NCBI GenBank assembly: GCA_963844715.1
Contig: CAWJPJ010000008.1
Coordinates: 608,001 to 672,000 of the forward strand
Length of the DNA: 64,000 nucleotides
DNA from: an uncultured Phycisphaerales bacterium
Lineage (GTDB): Bacteria > Planctomycetota > Phycisphaerae > Tepidisphaerales > Tepidisphaeraceae
Direction of reading: 5' to 3'
How positions within the stretch are numbered: the first letter of the stretch is position 1; every line of letters starts with the position of its first letter. The notes under the pieces are model-generated. The model was not told where the DNA came from, searched no databases, and saw nothing but the letters and a program-made list of their open reading frames with translations. The position numbers were made by a program, and so were the translations under genes. Shown here in pieces: positions 8,624-20,317 of the stretch.

Positions 8624-11408
8624 TTATACCGGAGGCACGATGGCCCGCCCGCTCCAGGCCCGCCACCAGCGGGTCGCCAGCGTGGCCGCCGCGATGGCCG
8701 CGAAGACCAATAGTCCCACGGCGAATTTCGTCTGGTCGGAATACCAGACCGAGAAATCGGAAGTCAGCGGCACATTTCGCAGCAAAAGCACGGCCCAGAG
8801 GCTCGCCAGTGCGGCCACCAATCCGTACCGGACCAAAAGCAGCAGCATGAGTCCGGATACGATCAGCGATTCCACGATTTGCGGCGCGACCAGATCTTCC
8901 CATTGAATCCACAGACAGCCGACGAGCAGGATGAACGCCGCGCCGGCGGCCCATCTCCGCCGCAGGATCAGTTGCAGGAGCACCAGCAGGAGCAGATAGA
9001 GCAGTCCCATGTAAAGGGAAACCAATAGCGACCAGACCGCCATCGCCAGGCCGCTGTTGCGGGCGAGAAATTTCATCTGGTTGGTCATATTGGGAACGGA
9101 GGCGGCGTGGCCCATCCACATGGGTATCAGATTTCCCATGTCGATCAGGAGAACGATCGCCGAGGCGACCGCCAAACCGATGAGGACATGGGACGCCAGA
9201 AGGGGATCATTGAATTGATTGTTCAGCAGACGATTCCAGGAGATGACGGTTTCGGGCCAGATTCGGCGCACGTACGGCTCCAGCGCACAGATAGAAGAGC
9301 CAGACGATACCCGCGGGGACGAGGATGAAACCGAGGACGCGATAGAACATCGCGATTTCCACGGAAAGCTGCGGCACATGGCTGGAGGCGAGGAGCCAGA
9401 CCAGAATTCCCAGGAGCAGGAATGCGGCGGAAAGTTTGTGGGCGGCGGACGAGTCGCCGCGCCCGATGCGGAGATTGTGCCACGCCAGAAGGACGCCCAG
9501 GAGCGTGACGAGCAGAATTCCGACCTGGAAGCCGACGTTTCCGCGGCGAGCGCCCAGGACCGGCGGCAGGCCGGCGCGTTCGGCGTCCTGCTGCCAGGGC
9601 TCGAAGACGCTGAAGAAGACGCAGCGGCCGCTCAGGGCGGCGGCCTCGACGATCACATTGGATTTTGCGTCTTCGGGATAGTGCCCGCTCCAGGCGAAGC
9701 GAGAATCGGCATACATGGGCGGCGCCCAGGCCGGGGCGGCGGGGGAAAAATCGGAGAAATTCAAACCGGCGAGTTTGAATAGCGCGCTGAAGTCGGGGGC
9801 GGACTGAGTGTCGCCGCTGCCGGATTCTCCGATATCGGGCAGGATTTCCAGGCGGCGCAAGCGGCCCTGGGCATCGAGTTCAACCGTGCGCATTCCGGGT
9901 ACGGCGCGGGCGGGTTCGTCGAGGGTCACGACGCCGATGTCGTCGCGGGAAACCATCGGCTGCGGACTTTGGCGAAACCAATAGAGGACCACGCCGGAGC
10001 GCGGAGAGGCGATCCGGTCCCAGCGGTCGGGCATATCGTCGTGCTCGACGATCCAGTTGAGGAGTTCGGAATCGAGGCCGAATCCCTGCGCCTGGCCGAC
10101 CATGGGTTGGGTCAGGCCGACATCCGCCAGAGCATCGCGGGCCTTCTCCTGTAACACCGCCGGCGGCTCGACGAGGCCCATTCGGGGCAGCAGACTCGCG
10201 GAATTGGACAGCAAGGCGGCGACGACCAGGCCGGCAAGTGTGAGGATCAGCAGGATCAGCGCCCGCGAGCATTTCATTTCGACGTTTCCGCCGGCGGCGG
10301 CGACCATTTCAGGGGTGGGGGTTTCGCCGGCGGCAAGCGCCGCGGCGAGGGGGTCGCCGCCGGGAAGCGCGGCGGCGACCGCCAGGGCGCTGGAGGGGCG
10401 GCGTGCGGGGTCTTTTTCCAGGCAGCGCAGGATCACGCGCTCGACGATCGGGTCGAGGTCCGCGATGAAAGTGGATGGTTGCGTGGGGAACGTTTTCTCG
10501 TGCAGCTTTGCGTATTCGAGAACGGAATTGGCGCTGAAAACCTGACGGCCCGTGAAGAGTTCGTAGAGGACCAGACCCAGGGAATAAATATCGCTGCGAA
10601 TGGTGGACTGATGCGACGTGAATTGCTCGGGGGCCATATAAGCGGGGGTTCCGGCTGCTGAGTTTGCCGATGCATCGCCGGCGGGGGTTGAGATGCCGAA
10701 ATCGGTGATGCGCACCTGGCCGCGCCCGTCGATCATGACATTGGCGGGTTTCAGATCGCGATGCAGGACGCCCCGATCATGCGCGGCGGCGAGTCCGGCG
10801 CAGAGCTGCCGGGCGATTTGAAGGGCCTTGTCGCCGGGCAGTCTTCCGATGCGGCGCAGCAGGGAGGAGAGATCCTCCCCGTCGACGAATTCCATGGTGA
10901 TGAACTGTTCCCCGTCGACGGCGCCGAGATCAAAAATACGGCAGACATTCGGATGCGTCACTTGGCGGCTCATGCGCACTTCGTTGTGAAATCGCTCCAG
11001 CCAGTCCGGATCGTTGGCGAATCCTCGCGGCAGAAATTTCAGGGCGACGACTTGTTCGAGGGTCATGTCGTCAGCCCGGTAAACCTCCCCCATGCCTCCG
11101 ATGCCGAGCAGGCTGACGATGCGATAGCGCTGATCGATGACCGTGCCGGGGGCGAAGCGGGATTTGATCGTCGATCGGGCGTCGCCGCTGGACAGAGGGC
11201 CGACGGCGTCGACCTCGGTGTTCATGGTCACAGGGGATTTGGAAATTTCGTCGGCGCGGCGATGCGATTCCAGGAGCGAGCGAACCTCGGCGGCAAGTTC
11301 CTCATCCTCCCCGCAAAGCTCGGTGACGGCGCGGTCCTGATCCTCGGGCGAGCGGGAGCACACCATCAGGAAAATCTCTTTGACCTGTTTGTATTGCTCG
11401 GAGTCCAT
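8624..11408 (-). CDS. Membrane-anchored Hanks-type Ser/Thr protein kinase with multi-TM C-terminus (indel near 9286)
   Basis: [37 protein letters not shown] helix, extracytoplasmic domain and polytopic tail continuing into ORF 8624-9379. Confidence 0.9.
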
Positions 11409-11431
11409 CGGGTGTTGGATCTGATTCTAGC

Positions 11432-11998
11432 CTAGCGGCTCAATTCGCGCAGGAGCCAGGCGCGGGCCATGGTCCAATCCCCTTCAACGGTGCGGGTGGA
11501 AACCTTGAGTTGCTCGGCGACTTCCTTGACGCTGAGCCCGCCGAAAAACCGCATCTCGACGACCTGCGCCTGACGGGGATCGAGCTTGGCGAGCCTTTCC
11601 AGAGCTTCGTCGAGGGCCAGAATCTCCTCGTCCCTTTGGGGAGCCAGGGCCACCGCGTCGTCCAGGGTGACGCGAGCCGCGCCGCCGCCGCGTTTGCGGC
11701 GTTTGTGCTGGCGGGCGTGATCGACCAGTATGCGGCGAATGATCTGAGCGCCGATGGCGAAGAAATGGGTTCGCCCCTGCCATTGGACGCGGGTCTGGTC
11801 GATGAGCTTGAGATAGGCTTCGTGAACGAGAGCCGTCGGCTGGAGGGTGTGATTGGGGCGCTCGCTGCGCAGATGTTGCGCGGCCAGGGCGCGCAGTTCA
11901 TCATAGACCAGGGGCATGAGTTTTTGCGCGGCGGCGGGGTCGCCGTCGTGGACGCCGGCCAGAAGCTTCGTGATCTGTTTGGAAGTTTCCGCCGCCAT
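11432..11998 (-). CDS. ECF sigma factor, planctomycete kinase-associated type (TIGR02999-like)
   Basis: LMPLVYDELRALA...HTLQPTALVHEAYLKL...RILVDHAR...KRGGG...DWTMARAWL. Confidence 0.92.
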   Translation of the reverse strand: MAAETSKQITKLLAGVHDGDPAAAQKLMPLVYDELRALAAQHLRSERPNHTLQPTALVHEAYLKLIDQTRVQWQGRTHFFAIGAQIIRRILVDHARQHKRRKRGGGAARVTLDDAVALAPQRDEEILALDEALERLAKLDPRQAQVVEMRFFGGLSVKEVAEQLKVSTRTVEGDWTMARAWLLRELSR

Positions 11999-12019
11999 TC
12001 ACTTGCCGATTTAAGAATA

Positions 12020-13766
12020 TCAAACCGTCTGCGGCTGGTGCGATTTTTCCTCGCTGTACGTCACCGCCGCGGCACAGAATCCCATGAAAAGTGGAGAGGG
12101 CCGCAGGGGCCGGCTGGTCAGTTCCGGATGCGCCTGAGTCCCGACGAAATACGGATGCATCTCCTGCGGCAATTCGAGGATCTGCATGATCGGCTGTTTG
12201 GGGTGCTTGCCGCTGAAGATCATGCCGTGCTCTTCGAGGGTGGGGACGTATTTGGGGTCGACTTCGTAGCGATGCCGGAAACGCAGGCGGATGGTCTTGG
12301 CGTTGTTGAACAGCTTCGCGGCGAGGGTGTCGGGTTTGAGTTCGACGTCTTTGCCGCCGAGTCGCATGTTTCCGCCCAGACCTTCGATTTTTTTTTGCTC
12401 CGGCAGGATGTCGATCACGGGTTGCTTGCAGGATTTTGTCGAATTCGGTGCTGTTGGCCCCTTCGATTCCGCAGGCGTTGCGGGCAAATTCGATCACCGC
12501 CATCTGGAAGCCGAGACACAGGCCGAGATAGGGCATTTTGTTTTCGCGAGCGTAGCGGATGCACTCGATTTTGCCCTCGGTGCCGCGGACGCCAAAGCCG
12601 CCGGGAACGATGATTCCGTGACAGTCGGCCAGTTTCTTGGCGACATTGCTGGCGTCAATGGCTGTGGTGTCGATCCAGTTGAAGTTGACGTTGATCCCCA
12701 GATGCACGCCGCAATGCTCGGCGGATTTGATGATGGACGCGTAGGCATCGCGAAGAGACGTGTATTTTCCGGTGACGGCGATGGTGATCTCTTTCCTCGC
12801 CTTTCCGATGCGGTCGACAAACCATCGCCAGTTGAGGCGGGCCTGATCTTCCTTGGTCTGATCGACGCGATCGTGAAGGTTCAGGAGGGTCAGGACTTCG
12901 CGATCCATCCCGGCGTTGCGCAAGGCCTCGGGAATCGTGTAGATGCTGTCGACATCGTGCATGGTCACGACGCGCTTCATCGGCACGTTGGTGTACATCG
13001 AAATCTTTTCGCGGACTTTTTCCTTGACGGGATTCGAAGCGCGGCAGGCGATGATGTGGGGCATGATGCCGACTTCCATCAAGCGCTTGATCCCGAGTTG
13101 CGCGGCCTTCGATTTCTGCTCGCCGAGAGCCCCGGGTTCCAGCACATAGGTGAGCACGACGAAGACAACCGAGTTCTCCCCCTCTTCATAAGCCAATTGG
13201 CGGCAGGCTTCGAGATATGCCTGGTTCTCAAAGTCGCCGACGGTGCCGCCGACTTCGACGAAGACGACGTCGGCATTGGATTTGGCGGCCAGTTCGCGCA
13301 GCCGCAGTTTCACTTCGCCGGTGACGTGGGGGATGAACTGCACATCGCGGCCGAGGTAAGCGCCATCGCGCTCTTTCTTGAGCACGGCCGAGAGGATCTG
13401 GCCGTTGGTCGTGAAATTCGCGGCGGAGAGGTCCTGATCGAGGAGCCGTTCATAGGTGCCCAGATCCATGTCGGTTTCCATGCCGTCGTCGAGGACGAAA
13501 ACTTCGCCATGGCGATAGGGGTTGAGGGTCCCGCTGTCGATGTTGTAGTACCCCTCCATCTTGATCGGGGCGACGCGCAGGCCCTTGTCTTGCAGGAGCT
13601 TGGCGAGGGAGGACGAGAAGATTCCCTTCCCCAGCCCGCTCATGACGGTCCCGACGACGACCACGTATTTATGGTGGCCCTTGCGGTACCCTTCGGGCAT
13701 CGGCGTATAAAACTCCGTCTCCTCGGTCGATTGCCCGATCTTGTAAAGTAATTCTTCGTTGCTCAT
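12020..13766 (-). CDS. pyrG: CTP synthase (indel near 12435)
   Basis: VMSGLGKGI, HGEVFV, DMDLG, EVGGTVGD, PGGFG, CLGFQ; C-terminal RHRYEV and QAHPE in the shifted frame. Confidence 0.96.
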
Positions 13767-13776
13767 TGGTTTTAAT

Positions 13777-13848
13777 AGTTGCCAGTTGCTAGTTGTTGGT
13801 TGCTAGTGAAGAAGCCCACTAGCAACCAACAACTAGCAACTGGCAACT
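13777..13848. repeat. Palindrome with perfect 32 bp arms of AGTTGC(C/T) heptamers
   Basis: 13777-13808 is the reverse complement of 13817-13848; includes the kdsB stop codon. Confidence 0.92.
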
Positions 13849-14573
13849 TCCTTATATCTTTTTGTAAATTCCTGGTACTGCTCCAATGTATCAATTCCAT
13901 GTACGGCTCTTCGCGTGCGGATCACGTGGATCGATCTCCCGTGCTCCAGCACGCGCAGCTGCTCCAATTTTTCGCTCATTTCCAGGGCGGTCGGGCGCCA
14001 GGAGGCGAATTCGAGCAGGAATTCGCGCTGATAGGCGTAAATGCCCTGATGTAAATAATACGCCGCCTGGGACCGGTTCGTCGAATCACGCAAAAAGGGG
14101 ATCGGCGACCGCGAGAAGTAGAGGGCCCGGCCGTCCAGATCAAAGACGACCTTGACCAGGTTCGGGTCTGCCGGGTCGGCATTGGCGGGAAAGGGCGTGG
14201 CGGCAGTGGCCATGTCGTCGTCGCTCGATTCGAGGCGGCGGACGAGCTGATCGATCGTGTTGGGATCGATCTCCGGCTCATCGCCCTGTACGTTCACGAT
14301 AATTTCATCCGAAAGCCCGCGCGCCACTTCCGCGACTCGATCCGTCCCGCTGGCGTGATCGTCGCGGGTCATCACGCAGCGCGTTCCAAAAGGGCGAAGC
14401 GCCTCGACGACGCGCGCGTCGTCCGTGGCCACGATCACTTCGCGCACGCCCTGGCTTTGGCGGGCTCGGTCCACGACGTGCTGGACCAGAGGCTTGCCGG
14501 TTTCACTGGCGATAATTTTCCCGGGAAAACGTGTGGACCCAAACCGCGCAGGAATGATCGCTACCGCAGCCAA
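13833..14573 (-). CDS. kdsB: 3-deoxy-manno-octulosonate cytidylyltransferase
   Basis: IIPARFGSTRFPGK, HASGTDR, NVQGDEP, YFSRSPIP, EKLEQLR. Confidence 0.95.
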   Translation of the reverse strand: MAAVAIIPARFGSTRFPGKIIASETGKPLVQHVVDRARQSQGVREVIVATDDARVVEALRPFGTRCVMTRDDHASGTDRVAEVARGLSDEIIVNVQGDEPEIDPNTIDQLVRRLESSDDDMATAATPFPANADPADPNLVKVVFDLDGRALYFSRSPIPFLRDSTNRSQAAYYLHQGIYAYQREFLLEFASWRPTALEMSEKLEQLRVLEHGRSIHVIRTRRAVHGIDTLEQYQEFTKRYKEVASC

Positions 14574-14738
14574 AGTCGATCCTCAAAATGCATGTCCGGG
14601 TCAACTCAGAACTGCAGGGCGAAGATACGGGAAGGGGGGTGGGGCGTCAAGAAATCGTTAGGGTTGGCGTCAGGATGCTCAGAAAACGCGGGTGGGGGCG
14701 ATCTATACGGATCCGAGTTTACATTAGCGCTCCTTCTG

Positions 14739-14780
14739 CTCCCTCCCTCGGTACTCCGGGGGAGGGTTGGGGGAGGGGGG
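14739..14780. repeat. REP-like element (CCCTCCC..GTAC..GGGAGGGTTGGGGAGGGG)
   Basis: Same architecture as the paired elements at 43743-43853. Confidence 0.65.
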
Positions 14781-14828
14781 CGAGCGCGATTCCGGTGGGA
14801 TCCATGTTAGTGGCGTTATAATAGGGAA

Positions 14829-15569
14829 ATGACATTAGCGGCCGTCTTTCAGGACGCGGTCGATTTTCTTTATCCAAGACGTTGCGCATCTTGCTCGGGG
14901 ACCGGCGACGATGCGCACTTCTGCGCGGAATGTGCGGGGCAGTTGGAATCCTCGGCCAACATCAACTGCTGCCCGCGATGCGCCATGCCGATCCCGGAAG
15001 GGGCGGCGTGCGGGTATTGCGAGGGGGGCGGAGTTTATCCATTTGAGTCAATTGTCGCGGCCGGGCTCTTCCGCCATCGGATGCGTAATCTGGTTCACCA
15101 GATGAAGTACCATCATCGTTGGCCGGTGGCGGAGATTCTGGCGGATTGGATGCTGGGCAATCCGCGGATCGCTTCGGTGGTGGGGCAAACGGATTGTCTG
15201 GTGCCGATCCCCTTGCACTTTTCCAGGCAGATTGCCCGGGGTTACAACCAGGCGGAAGCGCTGGCGCGCCAGCTTGGAAGGCAAACGGGGGTTCCCGTGA
15301 TCCGCCCGATTGTGCGGTTGCGCAACACGCCGCCGCAGGCGAACATCCGCGCCCGGCATGATCGCGACGCGAACGTTCATCAGGCGTTTGGACTGGTCGC
15401 CCCGGCGAAGATTCGGGGAAAGCGGGTTACGCTGGTGGATGACGTGATGACCACCGGCGCAACCCTTGGAGCCGCCGCCCGGGCGATTTTGCCGGCTGAT
15501 CCGGCGGCGATTAACGCCGTCGTGCTGGCGATAGCCGACCCCAAGCGGCGCGATTTCCAGACGATTTAG
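14829..15569 (+). CDS. comF: ComF family protein (double zinc ribbon plus PRTase)
   Basis: CxxC pairs, LVPIPLH, RGYNQA, LVDDVMTTGATL. Confidence 0.9.
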   Translation: MTLAAVFQDAVDFLYPRRCASCSGTGDDAHFCAECAGQLESSANINCCPRCAMPIPEGAACGYCEGGGVYPFESIVAAGLFRHRMRNLVHQMKYHHRWPVAEILADWMLGNPRIASVVGQTDCLVPIPLHFSRQIARGYNQAEALARQLGRQTGVPVIRPIVRLRNTPPQANIRARHDRDANVHQAFGLVAPAKIRGKRVTLVDDVMTTGATLGAAARAILPADPAAINAVVLAIADPKRRDFQTI

Positions 15570-15659
15570 AGGCCATTGCCTCTTGCAACTCCGGGACAAC
15601 ACGTTAACTTTATAGACGTAATGGATTAGGCCAATCGTCAACCAGGCGAGAACTGCTAC

Positions 15660-16493
15660 ATGGAGGTAGCCCCCGTGAAATCTTCCAGCAGGATCATCCC
15701 AGTCGTAAATCGAATCGTAATCGGCATCGCAGCCATCGGCTCGCTTTGCATGCTCGCCGCTTGCGGGACGGACATGCTCACTTACGCGCAGGACGCCAAG
15801 TGCGCGGGGATCGGGCAATATAACGACGGCAATTACTCCGACGCCGTAGGGTCTTTCCGCAGCGCGGTGAGACAGGACCCGACCGACGCGGAAGCCGAAT
15901 ATTGGCTTGGACTGAGCTACGAGCAGACGCAAAACTATCACGAAGCGATCAACGCCTATAAGACCTCGCTGGCGGTCATGCCGGAATGGGGCAGCGCCCG
16001 GTTCAATCGCCAATTGCACGACAAGGCGTTCGATCGGCTCGCTTGCGTGGTCGCCCTGCACGACTCGACGAATACCGAGATCGATCTGATCAACACGACC
16101 GCCGCCGCACAGAAGTCGGACATCGACTACTGGCTGCTGGGGCGGGTCTTCCGCTATCGCGGCGACGCCGACACGGCAATGGACGATTACCATCGCTCGA
16201 TCCAATTGAACCCCGACAACTTCGTCGTGCAGAAAGAACTGGGGCTCTATCTGGAGCAGCTCGGGCAGATTCAGGAAGCGTCCGCCGTTCTGCGCGACGC
16301 ATATCGGCTGAATCAGTATGACGATCAGGTGAACCAGGCGCTGCGAAACGTGGGGATGACGCCGGGTCCGGGGCTTTATCCGCAGGATGCGCCGAAGCAG
16401 CTTCCGCCGGCCGCGCCGGATGTGGATACGCCCGCGGCGCCTGCGGCGCAAGTATCCGGACCGGATCAGCAGATTCCGGCTCCGAAGGATTGA
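15660..16493 (+). CDS. TPR-containing lipoprotein
   Basis: Lipobox LAAC, TPR-like repeats (AEYWLGLSYE, YWLLGRVF), Pro-rich tail. Confidence 0.75.
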   Translation: MEVAPVKSSSRIIPVVNRIVIGIAAIGSLCMLAACGTDMLTYAQDAKCAGIGQYNDGNYSDAVGSFRSAVRQDPTDAEAEYWLGLSYEQTQNYHEAINAYKTSLAVMPEWGSARFNRQLHDKAFDRLACVVALHDSTNTEIDLINTTAAAQKSDIDYWLLGRVFRYRGDADTAMDDYHRSIQLNPDNFVVQKELGLYLEQLGQIQEASAVLRDAYRLNQYDDQVNQALRNVGMTPGPGLYPQDAPKQLPPAAPDVDTPAAPAAQVSGPDQQIPAPKD

Positions 16494-16500
16494 AAAACAG

Positions 16501-17205
16501 CTAGATTTTCGGTGTTTCCACCTGCAGCCGCGGGATTTGCTTATGCACTTCCCGCGGCTGGAGCGCTTTTACGACCCAATCCGCTTCCGTCAATTGATCG
16601 GCATCATAGGTTGTCGCGACGGCCAGAACTTTGAATCCCGCCGCTTTGGCGGATTTGATCACGGTCGGCGCGTCTTCGATAACAAGGCAATCGGCGGGTT
16701 TGATGGGTTTCCCGATTTTTTCCGAGAGCAGCTTGGCGCAGAGGATGTATCCCCGTGGGTCGGGCTTTCCGACGGCGACGTCCTGGGCGGCGACGATGAC
16801 GCCGAAGCAATCGCGCAAGCCGATGCCTTCGAGCATGGCTTCGATTTCCTCGCGCAGTGCGCCGGAGCAAATGCCCAGGGGGTAATTTCGCCACAGGCCG
16901 CGGATGAATTCCTCGACGCCGGGGAGGGCCTTGTAATGGTTCTGTTCGATCAGCTCCATCATGATTTCGCTTTTGCGGGTCATGAGTCGCAGCAGGGTTT
17001 TGGGCTCGAGGGGGAGATTGCGGGTTTTATAAATGTGTTCGATGGCGCCGCGGTCGTCGAAACCGATCAGATCGCGGTAGTATTCTTCGGAGGTCAGGTC
17101 GATCTTTTCCTCCGCGAGGGCTTTGACGAAGGCCTGGAGATGGAGGGGTTCGCTGTTGACGATGACCCCGTCAAAATCGAAGAGAATCGCGGTCGGCCAG
17201 GACAT
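16501..17205 (-). CDS. HAD-superfamily phosphatase (beta-PGM-like)
   Basis: FDFDGVI, GKPDP, LVIEDA. Confidence 0.9.
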   Translation of the reverse strand: MSWPTAILFDFDGVIVNSEPLHLQAFVKALAEEKIDLTSEEYYRDLIGFDDRGAIEHIYKTRNLPLEPKTLLRLMTRKSEIMMELIEQNHYKALPGVEEFIRGLWRNYPLGICSGALREEIEAMLEGIGLRDCFGVIVAAQDVAVGKPDPRGYILCAKLLSEKIGKPIKPADCLVIEDAPTVIKSAKAAGFKVLAVATTYDADQLTEADWVVKALQPREVHKQIPRLQVETPKI

Positions 17206-17608
17206 GGGCGCAGAACGTATCGGGGGTAACAGGGCGTGGCAAGGCTGGACAGGTCCGATATTGGGCTCGTCCCGTAAAACGGCGGGACCAAAATTGCCAA
17301 GGCCGACGTTGCTTTAATATGGGTAGTCTGGGTATTCTATGAAGACTTTGAGGGCGCGGAAATAGGGCCCTGGAAAGGTAAAAATCTGCGCCTTCGAGGG
17401 TCGATGGATGTTAAGCTGTTACGATGGAATGGGTTAGGTAAATTTCAGATTGTGTTTCAGGGTTTCAAGAGGCACAAGGGGTAGAGTCGATGAGGAGATC
17501 ACACGGCTGATGCTTGAGGACGAGGATTGGCGATGGAGTCGCCAGCTCGTTCGTGCCGATTGGTGTGCCAGACCTTCAAGGTCAGCCGACTAAAACGCGG
17601 AGCGATCC

Positions 17609-17890
17609 ATGAGCCAGATCGACCAAGTCGCCGGCAACTCGCCGGTACAGAATATCGTTTCCAACCCCGTCCAGAAGCAGATTCCCGCCGACGCCCCGAC
17701 GCAAGTCCCGGCGACCGACCAGCTGGAACTCTCCGGCGTCAGCCATATGCTGACGGCGCTGCAGACAAATAACATCCGCACCGACAAAGTCTCCGACATC
17801 CGCCAGCAACTGGATGCGGGAACTTATGACGCGGATGGATCGAAGTTGGATGGAGCGGTGGATAAGCTGCTGGATGAACTCACGAAATAG
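17609..17890 (+). CDS. flgM: Anti-sigma-28 factor FlgM
   Basis: DQLELS...IRTDKVSDIRQQLDAGTY...AVDKLL matches the FlgM C-terminal pattern; 93 aa. Confidence 0.8.
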   Translation: MSQIDQVAGNSPVQNIVSNPVQKQIPADAPTQVPATDQLELSGVSHMLTALQTNNIRTDKVSDIRQQLDAGTYDADGSKLDGAVDKLLDELTK

Positions 17891-17972
17891 AGACGAAGAG
17901 ACAAAGAGACGGAGAGACGAAGTGAATTCGCGGACACACTTCGTCTCTCCGTCTCTTTGTCTCTCGATCTCT
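17889..17972. repeat. Palindrome of AGAGAC-type octamers, copy 1
   Basis: 28 bp arm 17897-17924 is the perfect complement of 17937-17964. Confidence 0.9.
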
Positions 17973-17975
17973 TCC

Positions 17976-19171
17976 TCAGGTGTGATAATCCGCATTGATC
18001 CGCACATAGTCTCGCGACAGGTCGCAGGTCCAGACTGTCGCGGTCGATTTGCCTGATCCGCAGCGCAGATCCACGACCACTTCTTTTTTCGCAAGCAAGC
18101 GGCTGGTTTTGGCGGGGTTGAAGGGGGCGGGGCGGCCCCGCATAAACACCGTTGTGCCTTGAAGCTTCAATAAACTTGTATCGGGGTTGAATCGCACGCC
18201 GCATTTTCCGGCGGCGGAGATGATTCGGCCCCAGTTTGGATCGTTGCCGTGCATGGCGCATTTCACCAGGGGTGAATTGGCGATCGAACGCGCGATGGCC
18301 TTGGCATCGGCCTCGGTTTTTGCGCCGCTCACCTGGACGCGAACCACTTTCGTCGCGCCTTCGCCATCGGCGGCGATTTGGCGCGCTAAATCCTGACAAA
18401 CTTCCTGCAGCGCGGCGGCGAAAAGTTTTTGGGATCGCGCCGAGGCGATCTCGGCTCCCAAACCGGATGCGAGAATCGCCAGGGTGTCGTTGGTGCTCAT
18501 GTGATCGTCGACGGTCACGGCGTTAAAGCTCTCCTCCGCCGCGGCGGAGAGCAATCGACGCAACAGGCCGGCGGAAATCGCTGCGTCGGTGGTCAGATAC
18601 GCGAGCATGGTCGCGTGAGGGGCGAGCTGGGGGCCGATCATTCCCGAGCCTTTGCAGACGCCGGCTAGCGTGAAGGAGTCTTTTCCGAGACGCACTCGCA
18701 CGACCGCGCTTTTCTGGACCAGGTCGGTGGTGAGAATGGCGGCGGCGAATTGATGGGCGTGGGAGGCGCTGGTTCCGAGATTCTGCGCGGCGGCGGCGAT
18801 GCCGCGCTCGACTTTGTCCATAGGCAGGAAATGCCCGATGATTCCGGTGGAGGAGGGGAGAATCAGGGCGGGGGAGGTATCGGCGACTTTTGCGGCCAGC
18901 CGGCACATTTCCAGGGCGTCGCGCCGCCCGCGGGTTCCCGTGCAGGCGTTGGCGTTTCCGGAATTCAGGACGATGCCGCGGAGTTTCCCGCCGGCGACGT
19001 GCTTGGCGCCGATGAGGATGGGGGCGGCTTTGACGGTGTTGGTGGTGAAGACGGCGGCGGCCGTCGCAGTGCGGTCGCAGAGCAGGAGCGCGACGTCCAG
19101 TTTTCCGCTGGTTTTGATGCCGGCGGCAGTTGCGCCGCGCGGAAACCGATTGGTGAAAGCAAGTGGAGCAT
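17976..19171 (-). CDS. argJ: Bifunctional ornithine acetyltransferase (indel near 19135)
   Basis: AVFTTN, NSGNANACTG, SSTGIIG, ILTTD, KGSGMIGP...HATML, DGEGATK, DPNWGRI, TCDLS..YVRINADY. Confidence 0.95.
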
Positions 19172-19266
19172 GGGCCGGGGAGAATACAGGATGGGATCAT
19201 CGCATGCGAGCGTCTTTGGTTTTGCGGTGAACCTGATCTATACTGATGCGCGGCGGAAAGAAGAGG

Positions 19267-20317
19267 ATGGGCGCACCAGTTGAGCTAACCTCGGACCAGA
19301 TACGGGAAGCGCCGTTGCGCAAGAGAAGCCGCGGAAACCGTGGCTTCCCGACGATGCGGATTTGACCCGGCGCTGGCGACACTGCTGATCTGCAACTCGC
19401 ACTTGAAGGATTATTACCCGGCGACGTGGATGGGGGGGGACGGACTGCTGGGGAATTCGTTCTTTTTCTTTCTTTCGGGTTTCGGGGTCGCGATGGGGGC
19501 GAAATCGCGCGGGCGGGGATTTTTCCCATGGTACTGGCGGCGGATTGGACGGATCTATCCGACGGCTATTCTGGGCGTGATTCTACTACAAATACCGCTC
19601 TACGGCGTTTGGGGGACGCACAGCTTTTGGGATTACGTGCACGTCTTTATTTGGCCGACGCCTTATGCCTACGTGGGGACCATCATGGTCGTCTACATTG
19701 CCATTTACTGGCTGCTGAAGCTCAAGTCGAGGGCGATGGTGGCGGTATGCATCGCGGCGATCGCATGCGAGGCCTGGGTGATGTTTGCCCATGACGTCGC
19801 GACGGTGCGTCCCGGCGTGCGGCTGATCCTGTGGAATTTGCCTGGGATGCATACTTTGTATTTTTGCTGCGTGGCGCTACTCGGCGCGACGGTGGCGCCG
19901 ATTACGTATCGTCCCGTGAAGACGCTTCCCAGGGATATTCTGGCATTTCTGGCGATATTCGGGGTGTATATGGGGGTGAAATTTGAAACGGATCGCGGAC
20001 ACATTCCTCAGACCGTGCTCATGGTGCACGCCATGGTCGCTGTGATGTGCCTGTTGATGATGCGCATCTCGGGATCGGATGGGTTTCATGCCTTGTGCCG
20101 GAGGATCAAGCCGGTGGGATCGCTTGTCGCATTTCTCGCGCCGCTGACTTTGGCGATATACGTGGTTCAGGGATATGTGTGGTCGGCGAAGAGCGTGATG
20201 TATTTACCGCGGCCGCTGAATTTGGCGGTGTTCTGGTCGCTGACATTTTGCGGGGCGGTGGTGCTGGACCAGTTAGCCAAACCTTTTACGATCACACGGT
20301 CGCGGAATGCGAGTTAG
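19267..20317 (+). CDS. Acyltransferase family 3 (OafA-like) membrane protein (indel near 5' end)
   Basis: LATLLICNSH, FFFFLSGFG, RRIGRIYP, multiple TM segments. Confidence 0.75.
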
